DNA of 64,000 nucleotides from Chloroflexota bacterium. GTDB lineage: Bacteria > Chloroflexota > Dehalococcoidia > UBA2979. A model generated the notes under the pieces. That model searched no databases, was not told the origin of the DNA, and saw only the letters and a list, made by a program, of their open reading frames with translations. The number at the start of each line of letters is the position of its first letter. The first letter of the stretch is position 1. Shown piece by piece: positions 29,391 to 39,619 of this stretch. The stretch lies in contig QGNP01000006.1 of NCBI GenBank assembly GCA_003228125.1, positions 677-64,676 of the forward strand, read 5' to 3'. The position numbers were made by a program, and so were the translations under genes.

Positions 29391-30872
29391 CTAATCTTCT
29401 TTAAATAAATCTCTGTATTCTGAATATTCTTCAGTATCATCATCTTGGCTGATCGGTGATTTTGGCGATTTTCTTTTTTTATTTTTAGTTTTTTTAGTAG
29501 ATTCTTCTCTGTTTATTTCTCTAAATTCTTCTGCAAAACGAATACCAGCTGTACGTGATTCATTTCCTTGAACATCAATTGGAACTGATGCATCATTATT
29601 TTTTTCACTTCCTGATTCATTTATTTCAGAATCAGTATACTTTTGGATTATTTCTTGTTCTGGAGTTAATCTTTGATTTGATTCTTGAACAACATCTTCA
29701 GTAATTGTTTCTCCATCCTTTGTTATTTGCGCAACTGTTTTTCCTTTTTCAAATATTTCAGTATTATCATCGAGGATTGCTGTTAAATTTGGTTCAGGAG
29801 GCGGAATTAAATCTTCCTTGGCATTAATTACTGCACTTTCTCCTCTTATATCAATGGTATGACCAGTTAATTGTGCAGCCAAAGTGGCATTTTCTCCATT
29901 TTTACCAATTGCTAATGATAGCTGCCTGTCTGGAACTGCAATGAGAGCAGTTTTTGTTCTTGCATCAATGTCAATTGATACAACTTCAGCAGGACTTAAA
30001 GCACTAGCTATAAATCCAGATATATTTGGATCCCACCTAATTAAATCTATTCTTTCTCCATTTAAATCATTAATAACATTTTGAATCCTTGAACCCCTAA
30101 TGCCAACAACAGAACCAATTGGATCAATTCCTAATTGATTAGCAATAATAGCAATTTTTGTTCTTCTACCAGCAATTCTAGAAACATGAATAATTTTAAT
30201 TATACCTTTACTAATTTCAGGAACTTCTAGTTCTAATAACTTTGCAACAAGTTGAGGAGATTTTCTAGAAAAAATAATTTGAGGCCCTTTTGCAACTTTA
30301 TTTACATCCTTTATGTATAATTTTATTCTTTGTCCCTGTCGATAATTTTCATATTTGATTTGTTCTGTTTGCGGGATTATTCCTTCAGCTTTACCTATAT
30401 CAACTATAACATTTCTATTTTGATCTATTCTAATTATTGTTCCGCTTACTAATTCACCAATCTGTTCACTGTACTCGTGATGAACAGTGTCTCTTTCTGC
30501 CTCTCTGATTCTTTGCAAGACAACTTGCTTAGTAGTTTGAGCCGCTATTCTTCCAAGATTTTTTGATTCTTTAATATTTTCATGAATTAACTCACCAATT
30601 TTTGCAGTCTTATGTCCCATCTCTAATGCTCGCTCAGGAGAAACTTCAATTTCATCGTCTTCAATTTCATCGTCATCAATTACTGAGTAGATTCTTTTTA
30701 TGCTGATCTCGCCCGTATCCTTGTTTATAGAAACTTGAAGGTTTGCGTATTGTAGGTCGTCTTTTCTGAAAGCTGATGCCATTGCCGTTTCTACAGCATC
30801 AAATACAGTATCAGGATCTAAATTTTTTTCTTTTGAAAGCTGCTTAATTGCAGTTACAAAATTTTCAGACAT
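29391..30872 (-). CDS. nusA: transcription termination/antitermination factor NusA
   Basis: S1 and KH domain pattern with an acidic C-terminal tail. I place the start at the internal Met (MSENFVTAIKQLSKEK). The 32-codon upstream extension in the track overlaps the proS terminator. Confidence 0.9.
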   Translation of the reverse strand: MSENFVTAIKQLSKEKNLDPDTVFDAVETAMASAFRKDDLQYANLQVSINKDTGEISIKRIYSVIDDDEIEDDEIEVSPERALEMGHKTAKIGELIHENIKESKNLGRIAAQTTKQVVLQRIREAERDTVHHEYSEQIGELVSGTIIRIDQNRNVIVDIGKAEGIIPQTEQIKYENYRQGQRIKLYIKDVNKVAKGPQIIFSRKSPQLVAKLLELEVPEISKGIIKIIHVSRIAGRRTKIAIIANQLGIDPIGSVVGIRGSRIQNVINDLNGERIDLIRWDPNISGFIASALSPAEVVSIDIDARTKTALIAVPDRQLSLAIGKNGENATLAAQLTGHTIDIRGESAVINAKEDLIPPPEPNLTAILDDNTEIFEKGKTVAQITKDGETITEDVVQESNQRLTPEQEIIQKYTDSEINESGSEKNNDASVPIDVQGNESRTAGIRFAEEFREINREESTKKTKNKKRKSPKSPISQDDDTEEYSEYRDLFKED

Positions 30873-30929
30873 ATTTGCATTCCTATCATTTTTGGCATTA
30901 ATTAAAAAAATATTTATAAAAAATTTTTC

Positions 30930-30959
30930 AATAAAAAAGACGTGGGTTTTTCCCACGTC
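30930..30959 (-). terminator. rho-independent terminator downstream of proS
   Basis: On the minus strand: GACGTGGG-AAAAA-CCCACGTC followed by TTTTTTATT. The 8-bp GC-rich stem occupies 30939-30946 and 30952-30959. Confidence 0.75.
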
Positions 30960-31016
30960 TCTATGCATCGAGACTCTTATAAATTACATGTTATCACTTG
31001 ATGATTTTGACTACAA

Positions 31017-32774
31017 CTAATTTTTAATAACTTCAACTTCATATTTATTTTTTAAATTATTAATTAATCTTATAACGATTTTTTCAAAATCCTTGATATC
31101 AAAAAAGCTCGACTCTTGATTCGTTGTATCGACGATTTCGAATTTATTTTTATCAAGATTGCGCTTTGAAAATAATATCCTTAACGGAATTCCAATTAGA
31201 TCTGCATCTGCGAATTTTTTCCCTACCGTTTCATCTCTATCATCAATTAGAATTTCTATTCCTAAATCACTAATTTTTTTTAAACTATTTTCAATTTCCA
31301 TAGTTTTTGATTCTTCTTTTTTCCCAATATTGATGACATGCACATGAAATGGAGAGATTGTAATTGGCCAAGTTAGGGAATTATTACTAGAACCATTCTC
31401 AGCTACGCTTGCTAATATTCGATCAATTCCAATTCCATAACATCCCATTACAGGTATCGATTTACTTGGATCAGGATTCGTTATTTTTATATTAAATATT
31501 TCTGAATACAATTTTCCTAATTTAAATATGTGGCCTAATTCTATGCCTTTTTTGCTATTTAATTTTTTATTACAATTTATACAGCTTGAACCTGATGTTA
31601 CTAATGCCAAATCAGTCGTAAAATTTGCTTCCCAATCTCTTATAAAGTTTACATTTTTAAGATGATAATTTAATTCGTTGCTGCCACCAATAAGATTATC
31701 AGCATTTACTAATGACTCATCTGCAATAGAAATAATATCTTTATTAAGTTGATATGGGCCTGCGTATCCAGCAATGATATTATAATTTTTTATTTCTTTT
31801 TCATTCATTTTTCGTAAGTTAGAGACCTTTAAAAAGTTAGAAAGTTTTGTTTCATTAATTTCTAAGTCACCTCTTATGGAGGCGACTATAGGAATTAATT
31901 TATCTTCTTTGTCATGAGCTATATAGAATACTGATTTTAAAAATTTATTTTTTGGTAATTTAAAGAAAATTGATAATTGGTCTATATCAGTAATATTTTT
32001 TGTATTAATTTTTTCTTTATCTAACTGAACTTCTTCTTTATTTTTTTCGATTGACATTGTTGCTTTTTCTTCATTAGCAGCATAGCCACAATCACATAAA
32101 ATTACATTATCTTCTCCGGAAGTAGTTAAATATATAAATTCTTGAGATCCCTTGCCTCCTATAGCGCCAGAATCTGCTTCTATCTTTACAACAGGTACTC
32201 CGCATCTAGAAAATATTTTTTGATAAGCAGTAGACATTTTTTCATATGAAATCTCCAATGCTTGATCGTCAATGTCAAAACTGTACGCATCTTTCATTGT
32301 AAATTCTCTTACTCGGATTAAGCCTCCCCGTGGTCTCGCTTCATCGCGAAATTTAGTTTGTATTTGGTAAAAAATAATCGGCATTTGCTTGTATGAGTTT
32401 ACTGTATCTGCAAAAAGCTTAGTTACGACTTCTTCATGTGTAGGTCCTAAGATCAATTTTCTCTTTTTTCTATCTAAAATTGAAAAAATAATGTCTCCAA
32501 ATGCCTTACTTCTTTTTGATTTTTCCCAATATTCTAATGGCTGTAAAGCTGGCATTAGAATTTCATTGCATCCCATATTATTCATTTCTTCGCGAATTAT
32601 ATTTATGATTTTATTCTTGATTCGCAATCCTATTGGTAGGTATGTATACACGCCAGATAATAATTGAGAAATGTATCCACCTTTAATTAATAAGGAATGC
32701 GAAATAGTATCGGAATCACTTGGAGATTCTTTTCTAGTTGGAATTAGCATTTTTGACATGAAATTTATTGTCAT
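31017..32774 (-). CDS. proS: proline--tRNA ligase (bacterial type with editing insertion domain)
   Basis: 585 aa. The N-terminus PTRKESPSDSDTISHSLLIKGGYI, class II motifs and a C-terminal anticodon-binding domain are present. Confidence 0.95.
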   Translation of the reverse strand: MTINFMSKMLIPTRKESPSDSDTISHSLLIKGGYISQLLSGVYTYLPIGLRIKNKIINIIREEMNNMGCNEILMPALQPLEYWEKSKRSKAFGDIIFSILDRKKRKLILGPTHEEVVTKLFADTVNSYKQMPIIFYQIQTKFRDEARPRGGLIRVREFTMKDAYSFDIDDQALEISYEKMSTAYQKIFSRCGVPVVKIEADSGAIGGKGSQEFIYLTTSGEDNVILCDCGYAANEEKATMSIEKNKEEVQLDKEKINTKNITDIDQLSIFFKLPKNKFLKSVFYIAHDKEDKLIPIVASIRGDLEINETKLSNFLKVSNLRKMNEKEIKNYNIIAGYAGPYQLNKDIISIADESLVNADNLIGGSNELNYHLKNVNFIRDWEANFTTDLALVTSGSSCINCNKKLNSKKGIELGHIFKLGKLYSEIFNIKITNPDPSKSIPVMGCYGIGIDRILASVAENGSSNNSLTWPITISPFHVHVINIGKKEESKTMEIENSLKKISDLGIEILIDDRDETVGKKFADADLIGIPLRILFSKRNLDKNKFEIVDTTNQESSFFDIKDFEKIVIRLINNLKNKYEVEVIKN

Positions 32775-32794
32775 TTATCATTGTCCTTGTAATA

Positions 32795-33901
32795 TCAATA
32801 ACTATTAATTATGTCTTCAACTTTTTTTAAAATTAGATTATATTTAAAATGTCCAATTAATTTTGTCTTAAGTTTTAAATTAACTCCTGATGGGCCACAC
32901 CATAATCCAATATCAGCATCATCAGTTTCTCCTGGACCATTGACTCTGCATCCCATAATTGCAATTGTAAGTTTTTTGTCCATTTTTTGTGTAAGTTTTT
33001 TAACGTCTTTTGCTAAATCAATGAATACTTCATTTTCAACCCTAGAACATGATGGACATGAAATAATGTTAATTTTTTCATTAAATAGAGTTGGCACAGA
33101 CCTAAATCTTCCTTCTGTTATATCTTTAAGAATATTTTTACCAGCATAAATTTCTTGTTTTTTTTCTTCAAATGGCAGTGTTAAAGAAACTCTAATGGTG
33201 TCACCAATACCTATGGGAATTAATTGCTCAAAAGCAATTCTTGTCTTAATTATTCCTTCAGGAGGCATGCCAGCTTCAGTTACTCCTAAATGAATTGGAA
33301 TTTCAGGCATCATGTCATGAAATAATTTATTAGCACGAATGACTTTATTATAATCAGAGTCTTTTAATGAGACTAAGTAGTTTCGAAATCCAATATTTTC
33401 TAATATTTCACAATGTTGACGAGCACTTTCAACCATGGCTTGCACATCATCACTAAATTTTTCTTTTAACACTGGGTCCACTGATCCACAATTAACCCCA
33501 ATTCTTATTGCTAAATTGTACTTTGCAGCAATGCTTGCAATATTCTCGACTTTATAAGCTATAGATTTATTTTTTTCATGGTGATGTAGATGACCCGGGT
33601 TGTATCTTACTTTATCAATATAAGGTGCGATATCTTTTAATATCCTATAGTTTTCTTGTAAATCTGCTGACAATGCTACTTGTGTAGCATTCCTAATAAT
33701 TGATAATGCTGCACAGTCTTTTTTTGAATCTATGGCAATTCTTACAATATCAGCACCAGCATCATGCAAAGAATTAATTTGTGAGATAGTTCTATCAACA
33801 TCAGTTGTTTTTGTTGCAGCCATTGATTGAACTGCAATTGGATTGTTATTGCCTAAAATAATGTTACCGATTGTAATTTCTCTTGTAGTTCTTTTTTTCA
33901 T
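32795..33901 (-). CDS. ispG: 4-hydroxy-3-methylbut-2-en-1-yl diphosphate synthase
   Basis: VQSM, RIAIDS, CPSCSR and GCRVNGPGE motifs. Confidence 0.95.
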   Translation of the reverse strand: MKKRTTREITIGNIILGNNNPIAVQSMAATKTTDVDRTISQINSLHDAGADIVRIAIDSKKDCAALSIIRNATQVALSADLQENYRILKDIAPYIDKVRYNPGHLHHHEKNKSIAYKVENIASIAAKYNLAIRIGVNCGSVDPVLKEKFSDDVQAMVESARQHCEILENIGFRNYLVSLKDSDYNKVIRANKLFHDMMPEIPIHLGVTEAGMPPEGIIKTRIAFEQLIPIGIGDTIRVSLTLPFEEKKQEIYAGKNILKDITEGRFRSVPTLFNEKINIISCPSCSRVENEVFIDLAKDVKKLTQKMDKKLTIAIMGCRVNGPGETDDADIGLWCGPSGVNLKLKTKLIGHFKYNLILKKVEDIINSY

Positions 33902-33903
33902 TA

Positions 33904-35027
33904 TTAGATAATTCTTATTAAATCATTGATTGTTATTAGTATGGCAAGAAACATGAATAAAAAAAATCCAATTAAATGAAACAATGCTTCTTTTTCTGGA
34001 TTTATTTTTTTCCCTCTTCTAATAATTTCTATTAATAGTAAAAATATTCTCCCCCCATCTAACATTGGCAGTGCAATAAATTTAAAATGCCTAAATTGAT
34101 TGAAAGTATCGCTGTTAATGTTAAGAGCGAAGATAATCCACCTTCTCGTGCAACTTGTCCTGTAATATCTGCAATTCCTACAGGCCCAGCCAATTCTGGC
34201 TGACTTGTTCCTTTAAACCAGCTAATAATTTCATTTCTAAAAAGTATAAATGTGTCTAAGCTTGATACAACACCTTCTTTAGTAGCCTCAAAAAAATTCA
34301 TTGAAACCGTTTCCGTGAATGGATATTGAGCTGCAATTTTAATTCCAGTAGGGCCTTGTCCAGAAGGAGGCGCCCATCGAGGAGTCTCTTGGATCGTAAG
34401 TGTTTCTTGATTTCTTTTTAGTTTAATTTCTATTTCTTTACCAAGATTCATTTTAATCAGTTTAACGGCTTTTTGAACGTTATTAATTTCGCGACCATTG
34501 ATAGACATAATGATGTCTCCTTGTTTAATGCCAGAGTTATATGCTGGTGAATCAGGGTGAACAAAAGTAATCTGTGGACTTCCTATCTCAACTTCATGTG
34601 GAATCATAAATGATGCACTAAAAAGTATTATTGGCAAAAGTAAATTAATGAACGATCCAGAGAATAAGATAATAAATCTTTGAAGATAGCTTTTTTTAGA
34701 TAATGAGTCAGGTTCTTCTGATGCCTCTTCTCCCAGTAATTTTACAAACCCACCTATAGGTAATAAATTTATAGAATATATGGTTTTTTTCCAATTAAAC
34801 CCTATAACTCGTGGGGGGAAGCCGATGCCTGCTTCTATAATTTTAACTTTGAAGATTTTTGCAGTTATATAATGAGCAGCTTCATGGGCTACTACCAGCA
34901 ATGTTATAACTAAAAAGAAAATTAACATTGAGTTAATTGCTTCTATGTCTCTGTATATTATTAACAGAACAATTAAGAAAAGAAAAATTATTTTTGTTAA
35001 ATTATTTTTTACTAGCATATTATCCAT
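33904..35027 (-). CDS. rseP: RIP metalloprotease RseP (reading frame interrupted near 34077-34083)
   Basis: HEAAHY (HExxH) and one PDZ domain. The track ORF stops at 34059 as ...LGILNLLHCQC*. The conserved tail ALPMLDGGRIFLLL...LIRII* continues in the -1 frame to TAA 33906..33904. Confidence 0.8.
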
Positions 35028-35029
35028 CT

Positions 35030-36172
35030 TTATTTTTTATTAGATATTTCTTTCATTGCAAATTCCTTACCCCACTCATATGCACCGATTACATTATCCA
35101 ATATGAATTGATTTGACGGTTTAAAATTAGGGCTGATCTTTTTAATAATTTTATAAATAGATTCGAAGCCAATTTTTTTATTTAGGAATGCATTAACTAA
35201 TATATCATCTGCTCCTAAAATTGCTGGCAAACTTCCATCAGATTTTTTTGCAGCATGAATAAGAAGATTAAATAATGGGAATTGTCTGTTTTTTATTTCT
35301 TCAAAACTTAACTTTTGAATTTTAGATAAAGATAAATTATTTGGAAAATTAGTCATTTTTCTCTCTGGATAAGTAAGTGCATATTGAATTGGAATACGCA
35401 TGTCAGGAATCCCAAGATGCGCCTTTGATGAACCATCATTGAAGTTCACTATAGAATGCACGATACTTTCGCGATGGATAATTGCATTAATTTTATCGAG
35501 TGGCAAATTAAATAATATTGATGCTTCAATTACCTCCAATCCTTTATTGAATAATGTAGCACTGTCGATGGTTATTTTATTTCCCATGTTCCAATTTGGA
35601 TGGTTAAGTGCATCTTTTGGAGTAATTTTTTTCATCTGTTCATTAGATTTATTAAGTAGTGAGCCTCCGGATGCTGTTAGTATGATATTTTTAACAGATT
35701 TCCATTCCTCTCCAACCATGCATTGCCAAATTGCAGAATGCTCAGAATCAATAGGCAGTAATTTTGCTCCATTTTTCTCATGTTTATTTAAAATTTCTTG
35801 AATAAATGGACCGCCAATTACAAGAGATTCTTTATTAGCAATTGCTACTTGCTTTCCTGATTTTAAAGCTAAAATCATTGGTAATAATCCACTAATTCCA
35901 GTCGATGCAATGATAAATAAGTCTATTTCTTTTATTTTTGCAATTTCTTCATTGGTTTTTAACTTTGAATTTTGTTTTAAAACCATTTTTTTAGCATATT
36001 TTTCATGTATGTGAAAATATTTCGGTTGGTATTTAATAATTTGCTTTGTTAATAAATTAATATTTTCATTAGCACTTAGAGCAATAATTTTAACATCTTT
36101 AAGATTATCAATTACTTGCAATGATTGCTTACCAATAGAGCCCGTGGAACCTATAATTGCTATTTTTTTCAT
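35030..36172 (-). CDS. dxr: 1-deoxy-D-xylulose 5-phosphate reductoisomerase
   Basis: IIGSTGSIG, LPIDSEHSAI and NKGLE motifs. Confidence 0.95.
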   Translation of the reverse strand: MKKIAIIGSTGSIGKQSLQVIDNLKDVKIIALSANENINLLTKQIIKYQPKYFHIHEKYAKKMVLKQNSKLKTNEEIAKIKEIDLFIIASTGISGLLPMILALKSGKQVAIANKESLVIGGPFIQEILNKHEKNGAKLLPIDSEHSAIWQCMVGEEWKSVKNIILTASGGSLLNKSNEQMKKITPKDALNHPNWNMGNKITIDSATLFNKGLEVIEASILFNLPLDKINAIIHRESIVHSIVNFNDGSSKAHLGIPDMRIPIQYALTYPERKMTNFPNNLSLSKIQKLSFEEIKNRQFPLFNLLIHAAKKSDGSLPAILGADDILVNAFLNKKIGFESIYKIIKKISPNFKPSNQFILDNVIGAYEWGKEFAMKEISNKK

Positions 36173-36173
36173 T

Positions 36174-36953
36174 TTATTGCCAGAAAAATAATAAATTAAA
36201 AACTAAAGCAGTTACAGTAATTGAATCTAATCTATCCATAAAACCGCCATGACTGAATAATAATTGTGAAAAATCTTTGATATTTATTTTACGTTTTAAG
36301 ATAGAACCCATTATATCACCAATTTGACAAGCAATAGGTAGGAAAAAAACAGTAAGAATTAATATAGATAAATGTTTTTCAAAATTAAAAATATACACAC
36401 ATATAAAACAAGATAATAATCCAAAAATATATCCGCCAATAGCCCCTTCCCAAGTTTTATTTTTTGAAAACCTAATGCTTAGATTTGATTTACCTATTTT
36501 TTTCCCTATTAAATATGCAAAAGAATCGCTTGTAAATGAAACAATTAATATTAGAAGAATGATATTGATGGAATCTGATTGGAGTATAAGAAATATTAGA
36601 TTTGAACCTAAAATAGTAATATAAAAAAAACTTGTTAAAGAAACAGTATATTTTTTTACGTTGCTATTTAATAAAAGGATAATAAGAAGTGGAACAGATA
36701 GTAAATTAAACATTAAAAAGAAATTAGAATTAATTTGATTAAGTAAGATCATGGAAATCATAGTAAATATGACAGCCAGCATCAATTTAGCAGACTTGTA
36801 AATATGCCTGAATATCTCTATTGTGCATATTAGTAATATTATCATTGTAGCTATAAGAATTGCTTTTTGATTTAATAAAATTAGAATTAGGCTCGGCATA
36901 GCGACAAGCATAACTAATAATCTAGATTTATTTTCAGTACTTATTCGTGTCAA
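36174..36953 (-). CDS. cdsA: phosphatidate cytidylyltransferase
   Basis: Multi-pass membrane protein with a C-terminal KRxxxIKDFSxLLxxHGGxxDRLDS signature. Confidence 0.8.
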   Translation of the reverse strand: MTRISTENKSRLLVMLVAMPSLILILLNQKAILIATMIILLICTIEIFRHIYKSAKLMLAVIFTMISMILLNQINSNFFLMFNLLSVPLLIILLLNSNVKKYTVSLTSFFYITILGSNLIFLILQSDSINIILLILIVSFTSDSFAYLIGKKIGKSNLSIRFSKNKTWEGAIGGYIFGLLSCFICVYIFNFEKHLSILILTVFFLPIACQIGDIMGSILKRKINIKDFSQLLFSHGGFMDRLDSITVTALVFNLLFFWQ

Positions 36954-36992
36954 TTTACTCTACTTTTTAATTATTGAATGATTTAATTATAG

Positions 36993-37733
36993 TTAGCTAG
37001 TTAATCCAAATCTTCTATCTCTGTTATTAAATTCTTCTAATGCTCTATCTATCTCTTTAGCATTAAAATCAGGCCATAATGTATTTGTAAAATAATATTC
37101 AGCATATGCTGCTTGCCAAATTAAAAAATTAGATATTCTTTTTTCTCCACCAGGTCTAATAATTAAATCTGGATCAGGAATGTTAGCAGTTGCAAGATTA
37201 TTGCTGATAACTTCTTCATTGATATTTTCTTCTAATATACCTTCAGCAATTATTTTTTTTACAGCACTAACTATGTCTTGTTTGCCGCCATAATCAAAAG
37301 CAATATTAATAGTTGCCCCAGTGTTATTTTTTGTAAGAGAAATTGATTCATTAATTTTTTCTTGTAAGTCGGCAGGTAGGTTATGTAGATTGCCTAAATG
37401 ATTTACTTTGATATTATTCTCATGAATTAATTCTAAATTATTAGAAATAAATTCTTTTGAAAGCTCCATTAGACTGGCGACTTCATTTTTTGGTCGTCCC
37501 CAATTTTCAGTTGACCAAGCAAACATTGAGATAAACTTAATGTTATATTCTATCATTCGTTTTACTACTTCAAGAAAAGCCTGAGATCCTGCTTCATGAC
37601 CTTTTTTTCGTGAAACACGATTTGCTTTAGCCCATCTACCATTACCATCCATAATGATTGCAACATGATTAGGTATTTTATTAAGATCAAGAATTGCTTC
37701 AACTGAGCTCATATCGGATGCAAGCATTGGCAT
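36993..37733 (-). CDS. uppS: isoprenyl transferase (undecaprenyl diphosphate synthase family)
   Basis: HVAIIMDGNGRWA and LIIRPGGEKRISNFLIWQ motifs. Confidence 0.95.
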   Translation of the reverse strand: MPMLASDMSSVEAILDLNKIPNHVAIIMDGNGRWAKANRVSRKKGHEAGSQAFLEVVKRMIEYNIKFISMFAWSTENWGRPKNEVASLMELSKEFISNNLELIHENNIKVNHLGNLHNLPADLQEKINESISLTKNNTGATINIAFDYGGKQDIVSAVKKIIAEGILEENINEEVISNNLATANIPDPDLIIRPGGEKRISNFLIWQAAYAEYYFTNTLWPDFNAKEIDRALEEFNNRDRRFGLTS

Positions 37734-38290
37734 TACATTTCTAACAATTCATTTTGTTTTTTTGTAGAAATATTTTCAATCTTAGTAATAAATTCTTTAG
37801 TAGATTTTTCTAATTTATTTGTTAATATCGATTCGTCGTCTTCAGAAACCTCACTATTTTTTTTTGCATTTTTTATTGCATCGATGCTTTGCCTTCTAAT
37901 ATTTCTTAAAGATATTTTTGATTCTTCAGCAATAGTTTTAATTTTTTTTGCTAATTCTTTTCTTCTTTCTTCAGTGAGGGGAGGAATTGGTACTTTTATA
38001 AAATCTGAATCATTTGAAGGATTAATTCCTAAATCACTAGTTTGAATTGCTTTCATAATTGCATCAATATTATTTTTATCCCAAACTTGTATATTGATTA
38101 ATGTTGGATCTGGAGTTGATAGCGTAGCAATTTGTTGTAACGGCATTTTTTGGCCATATACTTCTATTTCTAAGGAATCTATTAAACTAGTAGATGCCCT
38201 ACCAGTTCTCACTGTTGATATTGCAATATTAAAAGCTTCTATTGTTTTTTCCATTTTAGAATTAATGTGGGCTGAATCATTTGAGTTCAT
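37733..38290 (-). CDS. frr: ribosome recycling factor
   Basis: 185 aa with TVRTGRAS and PIPPLTEERRKEL motifs. Confidence 0.95.
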   Translation of the reverse strand: MNSNDSAHINSKMEKTIEAFNIAISTVRTGRASTSLIDSLEIEVYGQKMPLQQIATLSTPDPTLINIQVWDKNNIDAIMKAIQTSDLGINPSNDSDFIKVPIPPLTEERRKELAKKIKTIAEESKISLRNIRRQSIDAIKNAKKNSEVSEDDESILTNKLEKSTKEFITKIENISTKKQNELLEM

Positions 38291-38304
38291 TGTATATCTA
38301 TTAG

Positions 38305-38790
38305 CTATTTTTTTTCATTTGTTTCTCCAAGTTCAAATCGATAAAACCTTTTAACTTGAATATTTTCTCCTGTTTGTGCAATTACTTCTTGGATGAGTTC
38401 TTTAATTTTTTTCGATGGATCTTTTATATAAGTTTGATCTAGTAATGAAAATTCATTTCCATCATCAATATTTTTTGGATCCATAGCTGTAATTTGCATT
38501 GATAAATTTGCGGCTAATTCTTTGAATTCATTTGTTCTTGCAACAAAATCTGTCTCACAATTAATTTCAATAATAGAGCCAATTTTGTTTCCTTGATGAA
38601 TGTATGATTCAATTAGACCTTGATCTGTTGATCTTCCTGATCTTTTTTCTGCATTTGCTATTCCTTTTTCTTTTAGAATTTTTTTCGCTTTATTAAAATC
38701 GTTACCTGAATCCTCTAGTGCTTTTTTGGCATCCATGACACCAGCGCCAGTTTCACTTCTTAATTTTTTTATATTCTCAGTATTTGACAT
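38305..38790 (-). CDS. tsf: elongation factor Ts (short form, about 161 aa)
   Basis: The conserved N-terminus IKKLRSETGAGVMDAKKAL begins at Met 38790. The track's 29-codon upstream extension overlaps the rpsB 3' end and is not Tsf-like. Confidence 0.85.
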   Translation of the reverse strand: MSNTENIKKLRSETGAGVMDAKKALEDSGNDFNKAKKILKEKGIANAEKRSGRSTDQGLIESYIHQGNKIGSIIEINCETDFVARTNEFKELAANLSMQITAMDPKNIDDGNEFSLLDQTYIKDPSKKIKELIQEVIAQTGENIQVKRFYRFELGETNEKK

Positions 38791-38842
38791 ATTGCCGCCT
38801 TTCAGAATTAGATAATAAAATGAATAGTAACAAAAAAAATAC

Positions 38843-39619
38843 CTATCTTTTTCCGGAAGTAGTTTCATTCTTAACATTATTATTTAATTGCTTAGTTAAG
38901 GATGCATTTGTTTTTTCTTTATTTTTGGCAGCATAAATTTCTGAACCTTTTATTGCAGCATCAGAAATATATTTTGTAATTAGCTGAATTGAACGAATAG
39001 CATCATCATTAGCTGGAATGGGATAATCAACCTTCTCAGGATTTGCATTAGAATCACACATGGCAATTACAGGCACGCCAATTTTTTTTGCTTCTAAAAC
39101 TGCTATTTCATCTATGTTTGGATCAATGCAAAAAATTGCTCTTGGTATCTGTGTTAATTTTCTTAATCCACCAAAAGATCTTTCCATTCGCATCTTATCT
39201 CTTTCATACAAGACGCTTTCTTTTTTTGTCATTGTTAAATATAATTCTTCCGTATTAATTTCATCAATTTCTTTAAGTCGTTCAATTCTTTTTGATAGAG
39301 TTGGCCAATTTGTTAATGTGCCTCCAAGCCATCTATTAGATACGTAAGGCATTGAAGCATTTTCAGCTGCTGTAATGACAATATTTGCTGCTTGTTTTTT
39401 TGTTCCTACAAATAAAATTAAACCACCATTTGATGTTACTGATTCTACTAATTTCGTAGATGCATGCAAAAGCTTGGAACTAATACCTAAATCAAGAATA
39501 TGCACACCATTTGTTTCGCTATGAATGTAGCGTTTCATTTTAGGATTCCATCTTGACTTTTGATGACCAAAATGAACTCCTGCTGCAAGCATTTCTCGCA
39601 TCGTTTCCGCAATAGTCAA
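38843..39619 (-). CDS. rpsB: 30S ribosomal protein S2
   Basis: MLAAGVHFGHQ motif. It has a TTG start preceded by AAGGAG (39631..39626) at 6-nt spacing. Confidence 0.95.
   Translation of the reverse strand: MTIAETMREMLAAGVHFGHQKSRWNPKMKRYIHSETNGVHILDLGISSKLLHASTKLVESVTSNGGLILFVGTKKQAANIVITAAENASMPYVSNRWLGGTLTNWPTLSKRIERLKEIDEINTEELYLTMTKKESVLYERDKMRMERSFGGLRKLTQIPRAIFCIDPNIDEIAVLEAKKIGVPVIAMCDSNANPEKVDYPIPANDDAIRSIQLITKYISDAAIKGSEIYAAKNKEKTNASLTKQLNNNVKNETTSGKR

Noticed and set aside
30873-30968. N-terminal extensions in the ORF track for nusA (32 codons), tsf (38791-38877, 29 codons) and the SRPBCC gene (57428-57514, 29 codons).
   Set aside because: The extensions are not homologous to the protein families. 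They overlap a terminator hairpin (nusA), the rpsB 3' end (tsf) or the divergent neighbour's start (SRPBCC). Internal Met codons give canonical N-termini.
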